Assembly (NCBI GenBank): GCA_049322255.1
Contig: JBMORE010000054.1
Span: forward strand, 62,001 to 126,000
DNA: 64,000 bases
Origin: Myxococcota bacterium
Lineage (GTDB): Bacteria > Myxococcota > Myxococcia > Myxococcales > Myxococcaceae
Reading direction: 5' to 3'
The notes beneath the pieces were generated by a model, which searched no databases, was not told where the DNA came from, and saw only the letters and a list, made by a program, of their open reading frames with translations. The first letter of the stretch is position 1. Each line of letters starts with the position of its first letter. The translations under genes and the position numbers were made by a program. Below, one piece after another: positions 1-9,040 of this stretch.

Positions 1-2
1 AG

Positions 3-122
3 GGCTTCGAGCTGTGCCTGGCCCGCGATGAGATCGAGGCCCAGGGCGGCAAGGCGGGTGTGGAGCCGGGACCCGACCGGACGACTTTCTTCTTTACGCT
101 CCCTCGCCTCGCGGCCGAGTGA
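3..122 (+). CDS. 3' end of a histidine-kinase-like ATPase (HATPase_c) protein, truncated by window edge
   Basis: Frame reads GFELCLARDEIEAQGGKAGVEPGPDRTTFFFTLPRLAAE*, resembling the G2-box/GG...F.FTLP end of sensor kinases. Confidence 0.6.
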   Translation, partial: GFELCLARDEIEAQGGKAGVEPGPDRTTFFFTLPRLAAE

Positions 123-199
123 TGGCTTCCATCGCCGGCTGGCGACACCGCTGCGGTCCCGCTATGCTTCGAACGCTTCGACGAGCGAAGGAGTCGAAC

Positions 200-430
200 A
201 TGCCCCGCGGACCCGAATTGCTCCTCATCTTGGCGGCGCTGCTGCTGCTCTTCGGCGCCACTCGGTTGCCGCAGCTGGGCGCTTCTTTGGGCTCGGCCAT
301 TCGCAACTTCAAGAAGGGCTTTGCCGGCGAGGAAACCCCGGAGGAGCAGGCCAAGGCAGGTGCCGACAAGAAGCTCGCCGGCACCAGCACGGTGGAGAAG
401 GCCGAAGAGGCCAAGAGCAAGAACGCTTAA
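200..430 (+). CDS. tatA: Twin-arginine translocase TatA/TatE subunit
   Basis: MPRGPELLLILAALLLLFGATRLPQLGASLGSAIRNFKKG: TM helix, FG hinge, amphipathic helix; AAGGAG RBS upstream. Confidence 0.9.
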   Translation: MPRGPELLLILAALLLLFGATRLPQLGASLGSAIRNFKKGFAGEETPEEQAKAGADKKLAGTSTVEKAEEAKSKNA

Positions 431-432
431 AG

Positions 433-2286
433 CTAATCGGCAAGGTCACCCTCGTAGAACTTGTCGAGGATGCTCTTGTACTTTTGTGTGCAGAACTTGC
501 GCTTCACCTTGAGGGTGGGGGTGAGCTCGCCCGACTCCTGGGTGAAGTCGTGGTCCATCAGGTGGAACTTCTTCAGGCTGTTGTAGGGCGGCTGGTCGGC
601 ATTGACCTGGTCGAGGACCTGCTGCACCGCCTCGCGCACCTCGGGCCGCTGGGAGATCTCGGCATAGTCCTTGGGGGTGACGCCCTTCTCTGACAGGAGC
701 TTCTTCGCGTTCTCCTCGTTCACGCAGATGAGCACGCTGAGGTACTTGCGCTTGTCGCCGTAGACCATCGCCTGACTGATGAGCGGAAAAGTCTTGAGCA
801 AGTTCTCCAAGTTTTGCGGCGCCACGTTCTTGCCGCCGGCGGTGACGATGATGTCTTTCTTGCGGTCGGTGATCCGCACGTACCCGTCGGGGTCGATTTC
901 GCCGATGTCGCCCGAGTGGAACCAGCCGTCGGCCTCCAGCACCTCGGCGGTGGCCTCGGGGTTCTTGTAGTAGCCCTTCATCACCCCCGGGCCCTTGATG
1001 AGAATCTCTCCGTCGGAGGCGATCTTGATCTCGGTGTTGGGCATCGCCTTACCCACGGTGCCGATCTTGATGCGCTCGGGGCGGTTGACGGTGGTGGCCG
1101 CGGAGGTCTCGGTCAGCCCGTAACCCTCGAGCACCTTGAAGCCGAGCATGTCGAAGAAGTAGGCGATCTTCCGCGACAAGGGCGCGCCTCCCGAGATGAA
1201 CAACCGCATGCGACCGCCCAGCTTCTCGTTCAGGGTGGCGTATACCTTGGCGAACACCAGCTTCTTGGCCAGGCCAAAGCCGAGCGAGTTGTACTCCCGG
1301 CCGTGGTTTCTGGCCTCGACGTACTCCTCGAAGAGCTTGAAAGCCCAGCGCGCGAGCTTGCCCTTCACCCCCGGGGCCGCACCGGCGTTGGTGAGCACGT
1401 TGTTGTAGACCTTCTCGAAGACGCGCGGCACCGAGGGAAGGATGGTGGGGTTGGTCTCGGCGAGGTTGGGCAGGAGCTTGTCCACGCTCTCGGCGAAGAT
1501 GAGCTTGAAGCCCAGACCCAGCCACGCCGCCTTGACCACCTGGGCGAAGGAGTGCGCCAGCGGCAAGAAGAGCATCACCGCGTCTTCCTTCCGCATCAGG
1601 CTAATCTGCTGAATGGCACCCGCTTCGTACGCCCAGTTGCCCTGGGTGAGAATGACGCCCTTGGGGTCGCCGGTGGTACCCGAGGTGTAGATGAAGTGGG
1701 AGGGGTCGTCCGTCTTGATCGCCTTCACCCGCTCCTCGAACGCCGCAGGGTTGGCTTGGTGCGCGGCCTCGCCTTTCTGCACCAGCTCCGCCAGCGGGCG
1801 CTCCTTTTCTCCGGCGGCGGGACCTTCGAACACCACCACCTTCCTCACCGTGGAGCACTCGGCCAGCCGCGCGCGCACGCGGGAAAGCCTGCCGGGCTGC
1901 TTGCCTTCGGCAACATCGTGGTCGACGAAGAGCATCACCGACTCGGAGTTGTTGAGAATGTAGCGAACCTCGTCGGGGGTGTTGGAGGAATAGATGGGCA
2001 CGGTGATGGCGCGGGCGGCGCTGATCGCCAGGTCGGCCACGCACCACTGCAAGCTGGTGCCGGCGAAGATGGCCACACGGTCGCCCGGCTTGACCCCTTC
2101 GGCCAAAAGGCCCGCGGAGAGCTTCTTGACCTGCTCGAGCACCTCGGCCCAAGGAACGGTCTCCCACTTGCCGCCGATCTTGTGCATCGCCGCCGGCGTG
2201 GGCGTGCTCTGGGCGTGGTAGGCGAGCAGCTCGACGAGGTTCTGTGCCCCGGACAAGGCGGCTTCGACATGGGTCGCGGCTCTCAT
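433..2286 (-). CDS. Long-chain fatty acid-CoA ligase (AMP-binding)
   Basis: YTSGTTGDPKG, EGYGLTE, GWFHSGDIG, RITDRKKD, ELTPTLK motifs. Confidence 0.93.
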   Translation of the reverse strand: MRAATHVEAALSGAQNLVELLAYHAQSTPTPAAMHKIGGKWETVPWAEVLEQVKKLSAGLLAEGVKPGDRVAIFAGTSLQWCVADLAISAARAITVPIYSSNTPDEVRYILNNSESVMLFVDHDVAEGKQPGRLSRVRARLAECSTVRKVVVFEGPAAGEKERPLAELVQKGEAAHQANPAAFEERVKAIKTDDPSHFIYTSGTTGDPKGVILTQGNWAYEAGAIQQISLMRKEDAVMLFLPLAHSFAQVVKAAWLGLGFKLIFAESVDKLLPNLAETNPTILPSVPRVFEKVYNNVLTNAGAAPGVKGKLARWAFKLFEEYVEARNHGREYNSLGFGLAKKLVFAKVYATLNEKLGGRMRLFISGGAPLSRKIAYFFDMLGFKVLEGYGLTETSAATTVNRPERIKIGTVGKAMPNTEIKIASDGEILIKGPGVMKGYYKNPEATAEVLEADGWFHSGDIGEIDPDGYVRITDRKKDIIVTAGGKNVAPQNLENLLKTFPLISQAMVYGDKRKYLSVLICVNEENAKKLLSEKGVTPKDYAEISQRPEVREAVQQVLDQVNADQPPYNSLKKFHLMDHDFTQESGELTPTLKVKRKFCTQKYKSILDKFYEGDLAD

Positions 2287-3021
2287 TTAAAGCTCCTCCT
2301 CGATTTTGGTTTTCAACGACGTCGCCCACCCCTGAATCCGCCGGCCCTCCGGCGGGTCGTAGGACACATCGGCTCCCAGCACTTTCGTGTTCGCCGCTTC
2401 GGCCTTCTTCGGCTCTCCGTCTTTGAGGAACAGCTCGGCGGAGTAGAAGTGCGCCCGTAAGTTGTGAGGGTATTTCTCCAGCACCTTCCGGAAGAGCTGG
2501 TCGGCCTTTTCCAAGTCACGTTTGGGCCAAGGCAGCTCGAAGAAGTAGCGCCCCTTGGCCAAGAGCGGCCCGCCCAGGTCGAACGAGGGGTCGAGAGAAA
2601 TCGCCTTGTCCAGCCGCTCGTTGAACTTCGACTCGTGCCCCTCGCTGAGCGCTTTGAGAATGCCCACCGCCTGCGAGTAGGCGCCCAGGCTGATGGCGGA
2701 GTAGTAGTGCCCGTGCACGCCGTCGGGCCGGGCCTTCACCGCGCGCTCGCCATAGTCCCAGCCTTCCTTGCCGAGCTGCTTTTTGAGGCGGTCGTCCTTG
2801 GCGCCGTCGGCCAGCCAGAACTTGTGACGAGAGGCGCGCCAGAGCACCTCGTACTCGCCCCCGTGCGCCTTGAGCGCCTCCGAAACGGCAGCGTCCATCT
2901 CCTTGGCCGATACCGGCTCGTCCCGGCGGGCCCAGAGCGCGTCGATCCGCGCGGTGGCTTCGCCGACGTCGGCGAGCGCCACGGCCGGAAAGACGAGGAG
3001 CAACGCAAGAGTCGTTCGCAT
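2287..3021 (-). CDS. Exported TPR-like helical repeat protein
   Basis: Signal peptide (MRTTLALLLVFPAVALA) followed by TPR-like helices; abuts the ligase start. Confidence 0.7.
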   Translation of the reverse strand: MRTTLALLLVFPAVALADVGEATARIDALWARRDEPVSAKEMDAAVSEALKAHGGEYEVLWRASRHKFWLADGAKDDRLKKQLGKEGWDYGERAVKARPDGVHGHYYSAISLGAYSQAVGILKALSEGHESKFNERLDKAISLDPSFDLGGPLLAKGRYFFELPWPKRDLEKADQLFRKVLEKYPHNLRAHFYSAELFLKDGEPKKAEAANTKVLGADVSYDPPEGRRIQGWATSLKTKIEEEL

Positions 3022-3087
3022 GAGGGCGCGCGTAGTTAGCACGTGCCTTCAGGCGACAACAACCCGAACGCGCGGCTTTCAGTTGAG

Positions 3088-3122
3088 CCCCTCACCCTTG
3101 CCCTCTCCCAGGGGGAGAGGGG
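3088..3122. repeat. REP-like palindrome (single copy)
   Basis: CCCCTCACCCTTGCCCTCTCCCAGGGGGAGAGGGG; same motif at 4 other loci. Confidence 0.85.
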
Positions 3123-3130
3123 TGGCCGAT

Positions 3131-3868
3131 CTAGGCTGCGGCGTCGGCCAGAGGCTCTTCGTCCTGGTTGAACGCTGCCAGGTAGCGCGCGAGGAAGCTC
3201 TTGGTTTTCAGCTCCACCTGGCGCACCCGCTCGCGGGAGACGCCCCAGCGCTGCCCCAATTCCTCGAGGGTGCGCGGCTTGTCCTGGGTGAGCCGCTCCT
3301 GGAGGATGTCCCAACCCAAATCCCCGATCCGCTTGCGCACCCTTTGCAGCGCCTCTTGCACGTCCTCGCTGCGCTGCTGGGAGGAGAAGATTTCGTCCGC
3401 GCCCGGGCCCCTGTCCTCCAGTCGATCGAGGAAGGTCGAGTCGCCTTCGTCATCCACCGGGGCGTCGAGCGAGAAGTCGCTCATCGACACCCGCTCGGCC
3501 TCGCCGCCGCGCACCTGGCTGCGGTTGTCCTTCAAGTAGCGGGTGATGTAGGCGCGAATCCACCACACCGCGTAGGTGGCGAAGCGCACGTTCTTCTTCG
3601 GGTCGAAGTGTTCGATGGCCTTCATCAGCCCGACGTTGCCTTCCTGAATCAGGTCGTCCAGGCGCGCTCCTCGGCGGGCGAACTTCTTGGCCACCGCCAC
3701 CACGAACGCCAGGTTGCTCTCGGCCAAGATGCGCCGCGCCGACTCGTCGCCCTTCTTCACCCGGCGCGCCAGCTCGTACTCCTGCTCGCGGGTGAGCTGC
3801 TCGCGGCCACCGAGGTGGCGCAGGTAGTGCGTCAGCCCGCTTCGCTCCTCTCGTGTGACCATTGCCAT
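3131..3868 (-). CDS. Alternative sigma-70 family factor (regions 1.2, 2, 4; resembles myxobacterial SigF from memory)
   Basis: DLIQEGNVGLMKAIEHFDP..RFATYAVWWIRAYI and TLEELGQRWGVSRERVRQVE. Confidence 0.9.
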   Translation of the reverse strand: MAMVTREERSGLTHYLRHLGGREQLTREQEYELARRVKKGDESARRILAESNLAFVVAVAKKFARRGARLDDLIQEGNVGLMKAIEHFDPKKNVRFATYAVWWIRAYITRYLKDNRSQVRGGEAERVSMSDFSLDAPVDDEGDSTFLDRLEDRGPGADEIFSSQQRSEDVQEALQRVRKRIGDLGWDILQERLTQDKPRTLEELGQRWGVSRERVRQVELKTKSFLARYLAAFNQDEEPLADAAA

Positions 3869-4025
3869 CGCCGTGCCTCCGTTTCCTCTCGTCCTTACGT
3901 CTCCGACGCCTTTTGCTTGCACGCTTAGACGCACAACCCCCAAGAGCGTTTCGCATTCCAGGCGGCGGAACCTTCGACTCGATGGAAAACAGCGAAACCC
4001 GCGGGGAAATTGCGGGCTCGCCCAA

Positions 4026-5426
4026 TCAACGCTCGGGGAAGATTTTCCCCGGGTTGAGCAACCCCTTGGGGTCGAGAAGACGTTTCACGCTTCGTTGCAG
4101 CTCGATGAGCGAAGGGCCCTGCTCCAGGCCGAGGAAGTCGCGCTTGGCGTAGCCCACCCCGTGCTCACCGGTGATGGTCCCTCCCACCTCCACCGTCAGG
4201 CGGAGCATGCGCGCGACCGCCTCGTCCACCTTGGCCCGATCGCCCGGCCCGTCGAAGAGGATGTTGGCGTGCAGGTTGCCATCTCCCGCATGCCCATAGG
4301 TAGCGACCGTGAGGCCCAGCTCCTGCCCGAGCGCCTTGAGCCTCTCGATGACCTCGGCGATGCGCGAGCGCGGAACGGCGATGTCCTCGGAGATTTTGAA
4401 CGGCTTGAGTGCGCGTAAGGCAGTGGAGAGCGTCCGCCGGGCCGCCCACAGCTTGTCGCGTTGCTCCTCGGTCTGGGCGACCAGCGTCTCCAGAGCGCCC
4501 TCGCGCTCGCAGATCTCCCCCACGCTCGAAAGCTCTCCGAGCAAGGCCTCGTCCACGTTGCCGTCGACCTCGGCGAGCACCGCCGCGCTCGCGCCTTTGG
4601 GGAAGCTCACCCCGCCGCGCCCGTCGACCGCGCGCAAGGAGACGTCGTCGAGCAGCTCGAGGGTGCGGGGGAGAATGCCCGCGGCCAGCACCGCCGACAC
4701 CGCGCGCGCGGCATGCAGCACGGAGGGGAAGACGATGAGCGCGGTGCGCACCCGCTTGGGCAAAGGGATGAGCTGGAGGGTGATTTCGGTGGCGACGCCC
4801 AGCGTGCCCTCTGAGCCGACGAAGAGGCCAACCAGGTCGTACCCCGCCACGCCCTTGATGGTCTGCCGGCCGACCCGCACCACCTCGCCGCTGGGGAGCA
4901 CCCATTCCAGGCCGAGGACGTAGTCGCGGGTGACGCCGTACTTGAGCGCGCGCGGGCCTCCGGCGTTCTCGGCGACATTGCCGCCGATGGAGCAAAACTC
5001 CCACGAGTTCGGATCGGGCGGGTAGAAGAGCCCTTGGGCCTCCACCGCCTTGTGGATGTCTCCGGTGATGACCCCGGGCTCGACGACGATGATCAAGTCC
5101 TCCACCGCAAGGCGCTTGATGCGCCTCATGCGCTCCAGGGACATCGACACCCCACCGTAGAGCGGGAGCGACCCGCCGCTCTTGCCGCTGCGTGCCGCCA
5201 CTGGAGTCACCGGGACGCCGAGCGTTTGGCAAGCGCGAAATACCTCCTGCACGTGCTCGGTGCGCTCGCAGAAGACCACCAGGTCGGCGGGAAACTCGCC
5301 GGTGTCCGACTCGTCGCGGCCGTACGCCGCCAGCGTGTCGGCATCTTGCTTGACCAGTGAAGGGCCGAGCGAGCGCTCGAGCGCCTCCTTGGCCTTTTGA
5401 ACCAACGCCGCCTCGGCGCGCTTCAC
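4026..5426 (-). CDS. FAD-binding oxidoreductase, GlcD/D-lactate dehydrogenase family
   Basis: PPDPNS..CSIGGNVAENAGG, YGHAGDGNLH, GTITGEHGVG, LLNPGK; GTG start overlaps the SDR stop (GTGA). Confidence 0.9.
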   Translation of the reverse strand: MKRAEAALVQKAKEALERSLGPSLVKQDADTLAAYGRDESDTGEFPADLVVFCERTEHVQEVFRACQTLGVPVTPVAARSGKSGGSLPLYGGVSMSLERMRRIKRLAVEDLIIVVEPGVITGDIHKAVEAQGLFYPPDPNSWEFCSIGGNVAENAGGPRALKYGVTRDYVLGLEWVLPSGEVVRVGRQTIKGVAGYDLVGLFVGSEGTLGVATEITLQLIPLPKRVRTALIVFPSVLHAARAVSAVLAAGILPRTLELLDDVSLRAVDGRGGVSFPKGASAAVLAEVDGNVDEALLGELSSVGEICEREGALETLVAQTEEQRDKLWAARRTLSTALRALKPFKISEDIAVPRSRIAEVIERLKALGQELGLTVATYGHAGDGNLHANILFDGPGDRAKVDEAVARMLRLTVEVGGTITGEHGVGYAKRDFLGLEQGPSLIELQRSVKRLLDPKGLLNPGKIFPER

Positions 5427-6124
5427 CCGAACACCTCGACCAGGCTGCCGCTCATCGCCAGCGGTGCCTCGGCGCACAAGAAGCGCACCACCCGCGCCAC
5501 CTCGGCGGGGGACATCTTTGGCGCAAAGCCCGAGCCTTTGAGCATGTCGGTGTCGACGCTGCCCGGGAGCACCGCCGCGACCAAGACTCCGCGCGTCTTC
5601 ACCTCTTCGGCGAGCGCCTGGGTGAGCCCGTTGAGCCCCCATTTCGAAGCGCAGTAGGCGGAAAGCCGAGGAGTGCCCAAAGTGCCGCTGATCGAAGAGA
5701 CGTTGACCACCCTCCCCCACCCCCGGCGGCACATCTGGGGCACCAGCCGCCGCGCCAAGTAGAAGGGCGCCGAGAGGTTCACCGCCAGCACGCGATCGAA
5801 GGCCTCATCGGTCATCTCCTCGAGCGGAGCGCGCACCACCGTGCCGGCGTTGTTGACCAGCACGTCGACCCGGCCGAAAGCGTCGCGCGCGGCGGCGACC
5901 AGCACGTCGACGTCGGCGAAGCGCCCGCCATCGAACTTGAGCGCGATCGCTTTTTTCCCGCGGGAGACGATTTCTGTGCGCGTGCCCTCCGCTCCTTCTT
6001 CGCGCAAAGAGGTGAGCACCAGGTCGGCGCCTGCCTCGGCCAGCTCGATGGCGATCGCCCGACCGATGCCACGCGAGGCGCCGGTGACCAGCGCCACCTT
6101 GCCCTCGAGCGGCAGCGCGCTCAC
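5423..6124 (-). CDS. Short-chain dehydrogenase/reductase (SDR)
   Basis: TGASRGIG, NNAG, YCASK; GTGA overlap with the upstream gene. Confidence 0.9.
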   Translation of the reverse strand: MSALPLEGKVALVTGASRGIGRAIAIELAEAGADLVLTSLREEGAEGTRTEIVSRGKKAIALKFDGGRFADVDVLVAAARDAFGRVDVLVNNAGTVVRAPLEEMTDEAFDRVLAVNLSAPFYLARRLVPQMCRRGWGRVVNVSSISGTLGTPRLSAYCASKWGLNGLTQALAEEVKTRGVLVAAVLPGSVDTDMLKGSGFAPKMSPAEVARVVRFLCAEAPLAMSGSLVEVFG

Positions 6125-6714
6125 CTGTGGGCTCCGATGCGCGCCCACAGCTCTCGGCGCAGCTGCCGGTCCTTTCGCAGCGCGCCCTCGTACGCCTCGC
6201 TGTGGGTGACCGCGTCGCGTTGCTTGTCGCCTCGAAGCCTAAGGCAGGCTTGCTCCGCTTCGATGATGCAGGCGGTGGCGGGGCTTTCGAGGTGCTCGGC
6301 GAGCGCGCGGGCCACGTCCCGGGCGAGATCTTCTTGCAGCACCAGCCGATGAGCCAGGCAGTCGAGCAGCGCCGAGAGCCGGCCGAAGCCCGCCACCCAC
6401 TTCCCCGGCGCGTACGCCAGGTGCGCGCGCCCGGAGTACGGCAAAAGGTGATGCGGGCAGATCGCGTGGAAGTGCAGGTCGGTGAGCACCACCAACTCGT
6501 CTCCGCCCCGCTGAGGCGCCGGATAGAGCTCGCCCAAGACGCTGGCCGGGTCCTTCCCGTAGCCGTCGATGAGCTCCTCGGCCCAGGCCTCGGCCACCCG
6601 CTTGGGGGTGTCGCGCAGGTGGCGATCGGCGAGGTCCAAGCCGGCGGCATGGAGGAAGTCGGCGACGGCGCGCTCGAGCGCGACGCGGCTTGGCTGGGCG
6701 CGGGGCTTCTTCAC
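6121..6714 (-). CDS. folE: GTP cyclohydrolase I (FolE)-like T-fold protein, divergent
   Basis: TPKRVA, CPHHLLPY, LQEDL, CLRLRG motifs; several canonical residues substituted. Confidence 0.8.
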   Translation of the reverse strand: MKKPRAQPSRVALERAVADFLHAAGLDLADRHLRDTPKRVAEAWAEELIDGYGKDPASVLGELYPAPQRGGDELVVLTDLHFHAICPHHLLPYSGRAHLAYAPGKWVAGFGRLSALLDCLAHRLVLQEDLARDVARALAEHLESPATACIIEAEQACLRLRGDKQRDAVTHSEAYEGALRKDRQLRRELWARIGAHR

Positions 6715-7064
6715 TCCGCGCGGTAGCTGACGCAGTACTCGGGGGTTTCCCACAGGCGGAGCTCCGAGAGGCCTTCGATTTGCGGCGCGAGCCGTTCCCA
6801 CATCCACACGATGAGGTTTTCGGCGGTGGGGTTGTCCATGAAGTCGTTCAAGTTGTGGTGGTCGCACTGCACCAACACCGCCTCCCACACCTTGCGGCGA
6901 ATCTCCTCGAAGTCGCGAATCATCCCGTCCTTGGGGTTGGGCTTGCCCACCAGGAGCACGGTCAGCTTGTAGTTGTGGCCGTGCATCCGGTTGCAGGGGC
7001 CGTCGTAGTACGGCAGCCGGTGCGCCGCGGAGAAGTGAAAGTCGACCGAGAGCTCCATTCGCAT
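6711..7064 (-). CDS. queD: 6-carboxytetrahydropterin synthase (QueD/PTPS-I)
   Basis: FSAAHRL, CNRMHGHNY (CX3HGH), NPTAEN, LWETP. Confidence 0.9.
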   Translation of the reverse strand: MRMELSVDFHFSAAHRLPYYDGPCNRMHGHNYKLTVLLVGKPNPKDGMIRDFEEIRRKVWEAVLVQCDHHNLNDFMDNPTAENLIVWMWERLAPQIEGLSELRLWETPEYCVSYRAE

Positions 7065-7137
7065 GAGGTCTTCCTCTTTGGAGCGCCTTTCCTAACAGGT
7101 TCTTGCGACGCGTGCCCACAGTGGTCACCATGGCGCC

Positions 7138-7578
7138 ATGAACTACCCTCCCCGCTTAGGACACCTGGCGACGCGAGCGGTCATCGGCGCCAAGCTCTTG
7201 CCCACGTACGCCAAGGCGCACGGGATCGACGACGACGAGGCGGCCCAGCGGCTTTCCGCGGCGCTCGCCGGCCAGCTGTACGAGAGGCTGCTCGCGGCGG
7301 CATGGGAGGCGATGCTCGCGAAGAAGAAGCGCCTCGATGACGCCGGGCTTCTCGAGAAGGTCGCGGAGAGCTTGCGGGAACGCCCCATGCGCCCCGGCCG
7401 CACCGCCGAGCTCAACCCATCATGGAGCGCCTTTTTGGTCGTCGCCGATCTCGAGACGGGGACTGCGAGCGAAGCGGCAAGGCGGGTCATGGAATCTGTG
7501 GAGGGCCAGCAGAAGGCGGCAGCAGGGCTGGCCGAGGTGGGGCGCTTTCTTGCCGCCGAGCTCACCCGCCCAGGGTGA
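7138..7578 (+). CDS. Hypothetical protein
   Basis: 146-aa ORF with host-like codon usage, divergent from queD. Confidence 0.7.
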   Translation: MNYPPRLGHLATRAVIGAKLLPTYAKAHGIDDDEAAQRLSAALAGQLYERLLAAAWEAMLAKKKRLDDAGLLEKVAESLRERPMRPGRTAELNPSWSAFLVVADLETGTASEAARRVMESVEGQQKAAAGLAEVGRFLAAELTRPG

Positions 7579-7612
7579 GGGGTGCAATGGTGTTCGCCGA
7601 ACAGCCGGACTG

Positions 7613-8260
7613 CTACGGACCAGCGTCGGGCGAGCCACATTCGCTGCAGATCGCGACCCCGCCTGACTGGGTGCAGGTCCAGCGCCCCTGAGTGCTGTTG
7701 TCGCACTGGCAGACTGGCCGTTCCGTTGCGGGAGAAGCGAGGTTGGTGCTGCCACCATCGGGAATGGCACAGTCCGCGGGCTGCTTGTTGTGAACGACCA
7801 CTCCCTCGGCCACGAAGGTGTGCCAGGCAGACGCGACGGTGATGTCGAACACCCGGTTCACTCCCACGAACTTTTCGCAGGCAGTCACCCTCTGCTCGCT
7901 CACGCGCTCACCGTCGAACACCCATAACTGCGTTCGCTGACCGATCATCCAGTCACCCGCAGGGTGGAAGGAGCAATCGCCAGGGTCGAAGAGAGGGTGG
8001 TCGGAGGTGACGGTGAGCGTGGTGTTTCCGAAAGTCAGCGCGCCGCACTCGCGCTCCGCCGAACGGATGTGAGTGATGCGGGTGAGGGCGTGGGCTCCGG
8101 TTTTCGGATCCACGCAGATAACCTCGTCACCCATCGCTAATTCTTCGACTCGTCTCCATCCACCCGGCGTACGCACCCGGGTGCCCTGCGCCACACACGC
8201 GACCTGTTGACCGCACGCAAGCGCGCTCGCCGCGGCAAGCCCTGCCATCCAACGCGTCAT
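7613..8260 (-). CDS. Lipoprotein with Hint (bacterial intein-like) domain and Cys-rich C-terminal peptide
   Basis: Lipobox ALAC; Hint blocks CVAQGTRV, VTSDHP, VFDITV, GVVVHN. Confidence 0.85.
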   Translation of the reverse strand: MTRWMAGLAAASALACGQQVACVAQGTRVRTPGGWRRVEELAMGDEVICVDPKTGAHALTRITHIRSAERECGALTFGNTTLTVTSDHPLFDPGDCSFHPAGDWMIGQRTQLWVFDGERVSEQRVTACEKFVGVNRVFDITVASAWHTFVAEGVVVHNKQPADCAIPDGGSTNLASPATERPVCQCDNSTQGRWTCTQSGGVAICSECGSPDAGP

Positions 8261-8298
8261 GTTTCCTCCGGAAGCGACAAACCGGCCCTGCAACGGGA

Positions 8299-8703
8299 TC
8301 AAGTCTGCTGGATCGCCAGCGGACGTGCCAACACCACCACGTTGCCGTCCGGGTCGGCGAAGTACGCCGCCTCATCACCCCAGTCCCGGGGAGCAAGCAC
8401 GCTCAACTCCCGCGCACCGGCGCGCTTCACCCGCTCGATGGCTGCCTCGAGCTCGTCGCTGTGGAAGTACAGCTCGGTCGGAGCAAGCTCTCCCGCAGGA
8501 GTGCGCGTGGGCACCTGGCCTGTGTTCCGGCCAAACCCCTGACGCTCGCAGAGGCCGAGGCGCATGCCTCCGGGAAGCTCGAATTCCGCGTACACCGGCA
8601 CATCGACCAGCTGCTTCCAGCCGAAGGCGCTGGCGTAGAAAGCCACCGCTCGCCGCAGACTCTCGACCGCAAGAATGGTCAGGACGTGTCTTATCAAGGC
8701 CAT
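8299..8703 (-). CDS. VOC/glyoxalase family protein
   Basis: LAVESLRRAVAFY...ELYF...RDWGDEAAYFADPDGN; GGAGG RBS. Confidence 0.85.
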   Translation of the reverse strand: MALIRHVLTILAVESLRRAVAFYASAFGWKQLVDVPVYAEFELPGGMRLGLCERQGFGRNTGQVPTRTPAGELAPTELYFHSDELEAAIERVKRAGARELSVLAPRDWGDEAAYFADPDGNVVVLARPLAIQQT

Positions 8704-8774
8704 CACCTCCTTCAAGGTCGCCGCAGCCGACGCCAGCCGTACCGTAGAACGCGATGAAGCCCGGTTGTGCGTGC

Positions 8775-8793
8775 GCATATCGATGAGTATGCT
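8775..8793 (+). promoter_or_regulatory. Putative vapBC operator and -10 element
   Basis: GCATA-N8-TATGC inverted repeat overlapping TATGCT, 7 nt upstream of the ATG. Confidence 0.5.
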
Positions 8794-8800
8794 TTAGCAC

Positions 8801-9040
8801 ATGCGAACGACGATCGAGTTGCCCGACAGCCTCTTCGCCAAAGCCAAGAAGCTCGCGCGCGAGCGCGGTGTGCCGCTGCGTGAGCTCGTCGAGGAGGGCC
8901 TGCGGCGTGTGGTCGAGGAGCGACCGGCCCGGTTTCGGCTCGAGGACGCTTCGTTCCGTGGGGATGGTCTGGTGGAGGGGCTGGACGAAACCGACTGGGA
9001 CCGGATCCGTGACCTCGCATACGAGGGGCGCGGGAGTTGA
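8801..9040 (+). CDS. vapB: VapB-type (RHH) antitoxin
   Basis: MRTTIELPDSLFAKAKKLA...LRELVEEGLRR; overlaps the PIN gene. Confidence 0.85.
   Translation: MRTTIELPDSLFAKAKKLARERGVPLRELVEEGLRRVVEERPARFRLEDASFRGDGLVEGLDETDWDRIRDLAYEGRGS

Noticed and set aside
7613..8260. True intein or Bil anti-phage locus
   Set aside because: No conserved host protein, no C/S/T at +1, no endonuclease domain and no E1/E2/ubiquitin-like neighbours
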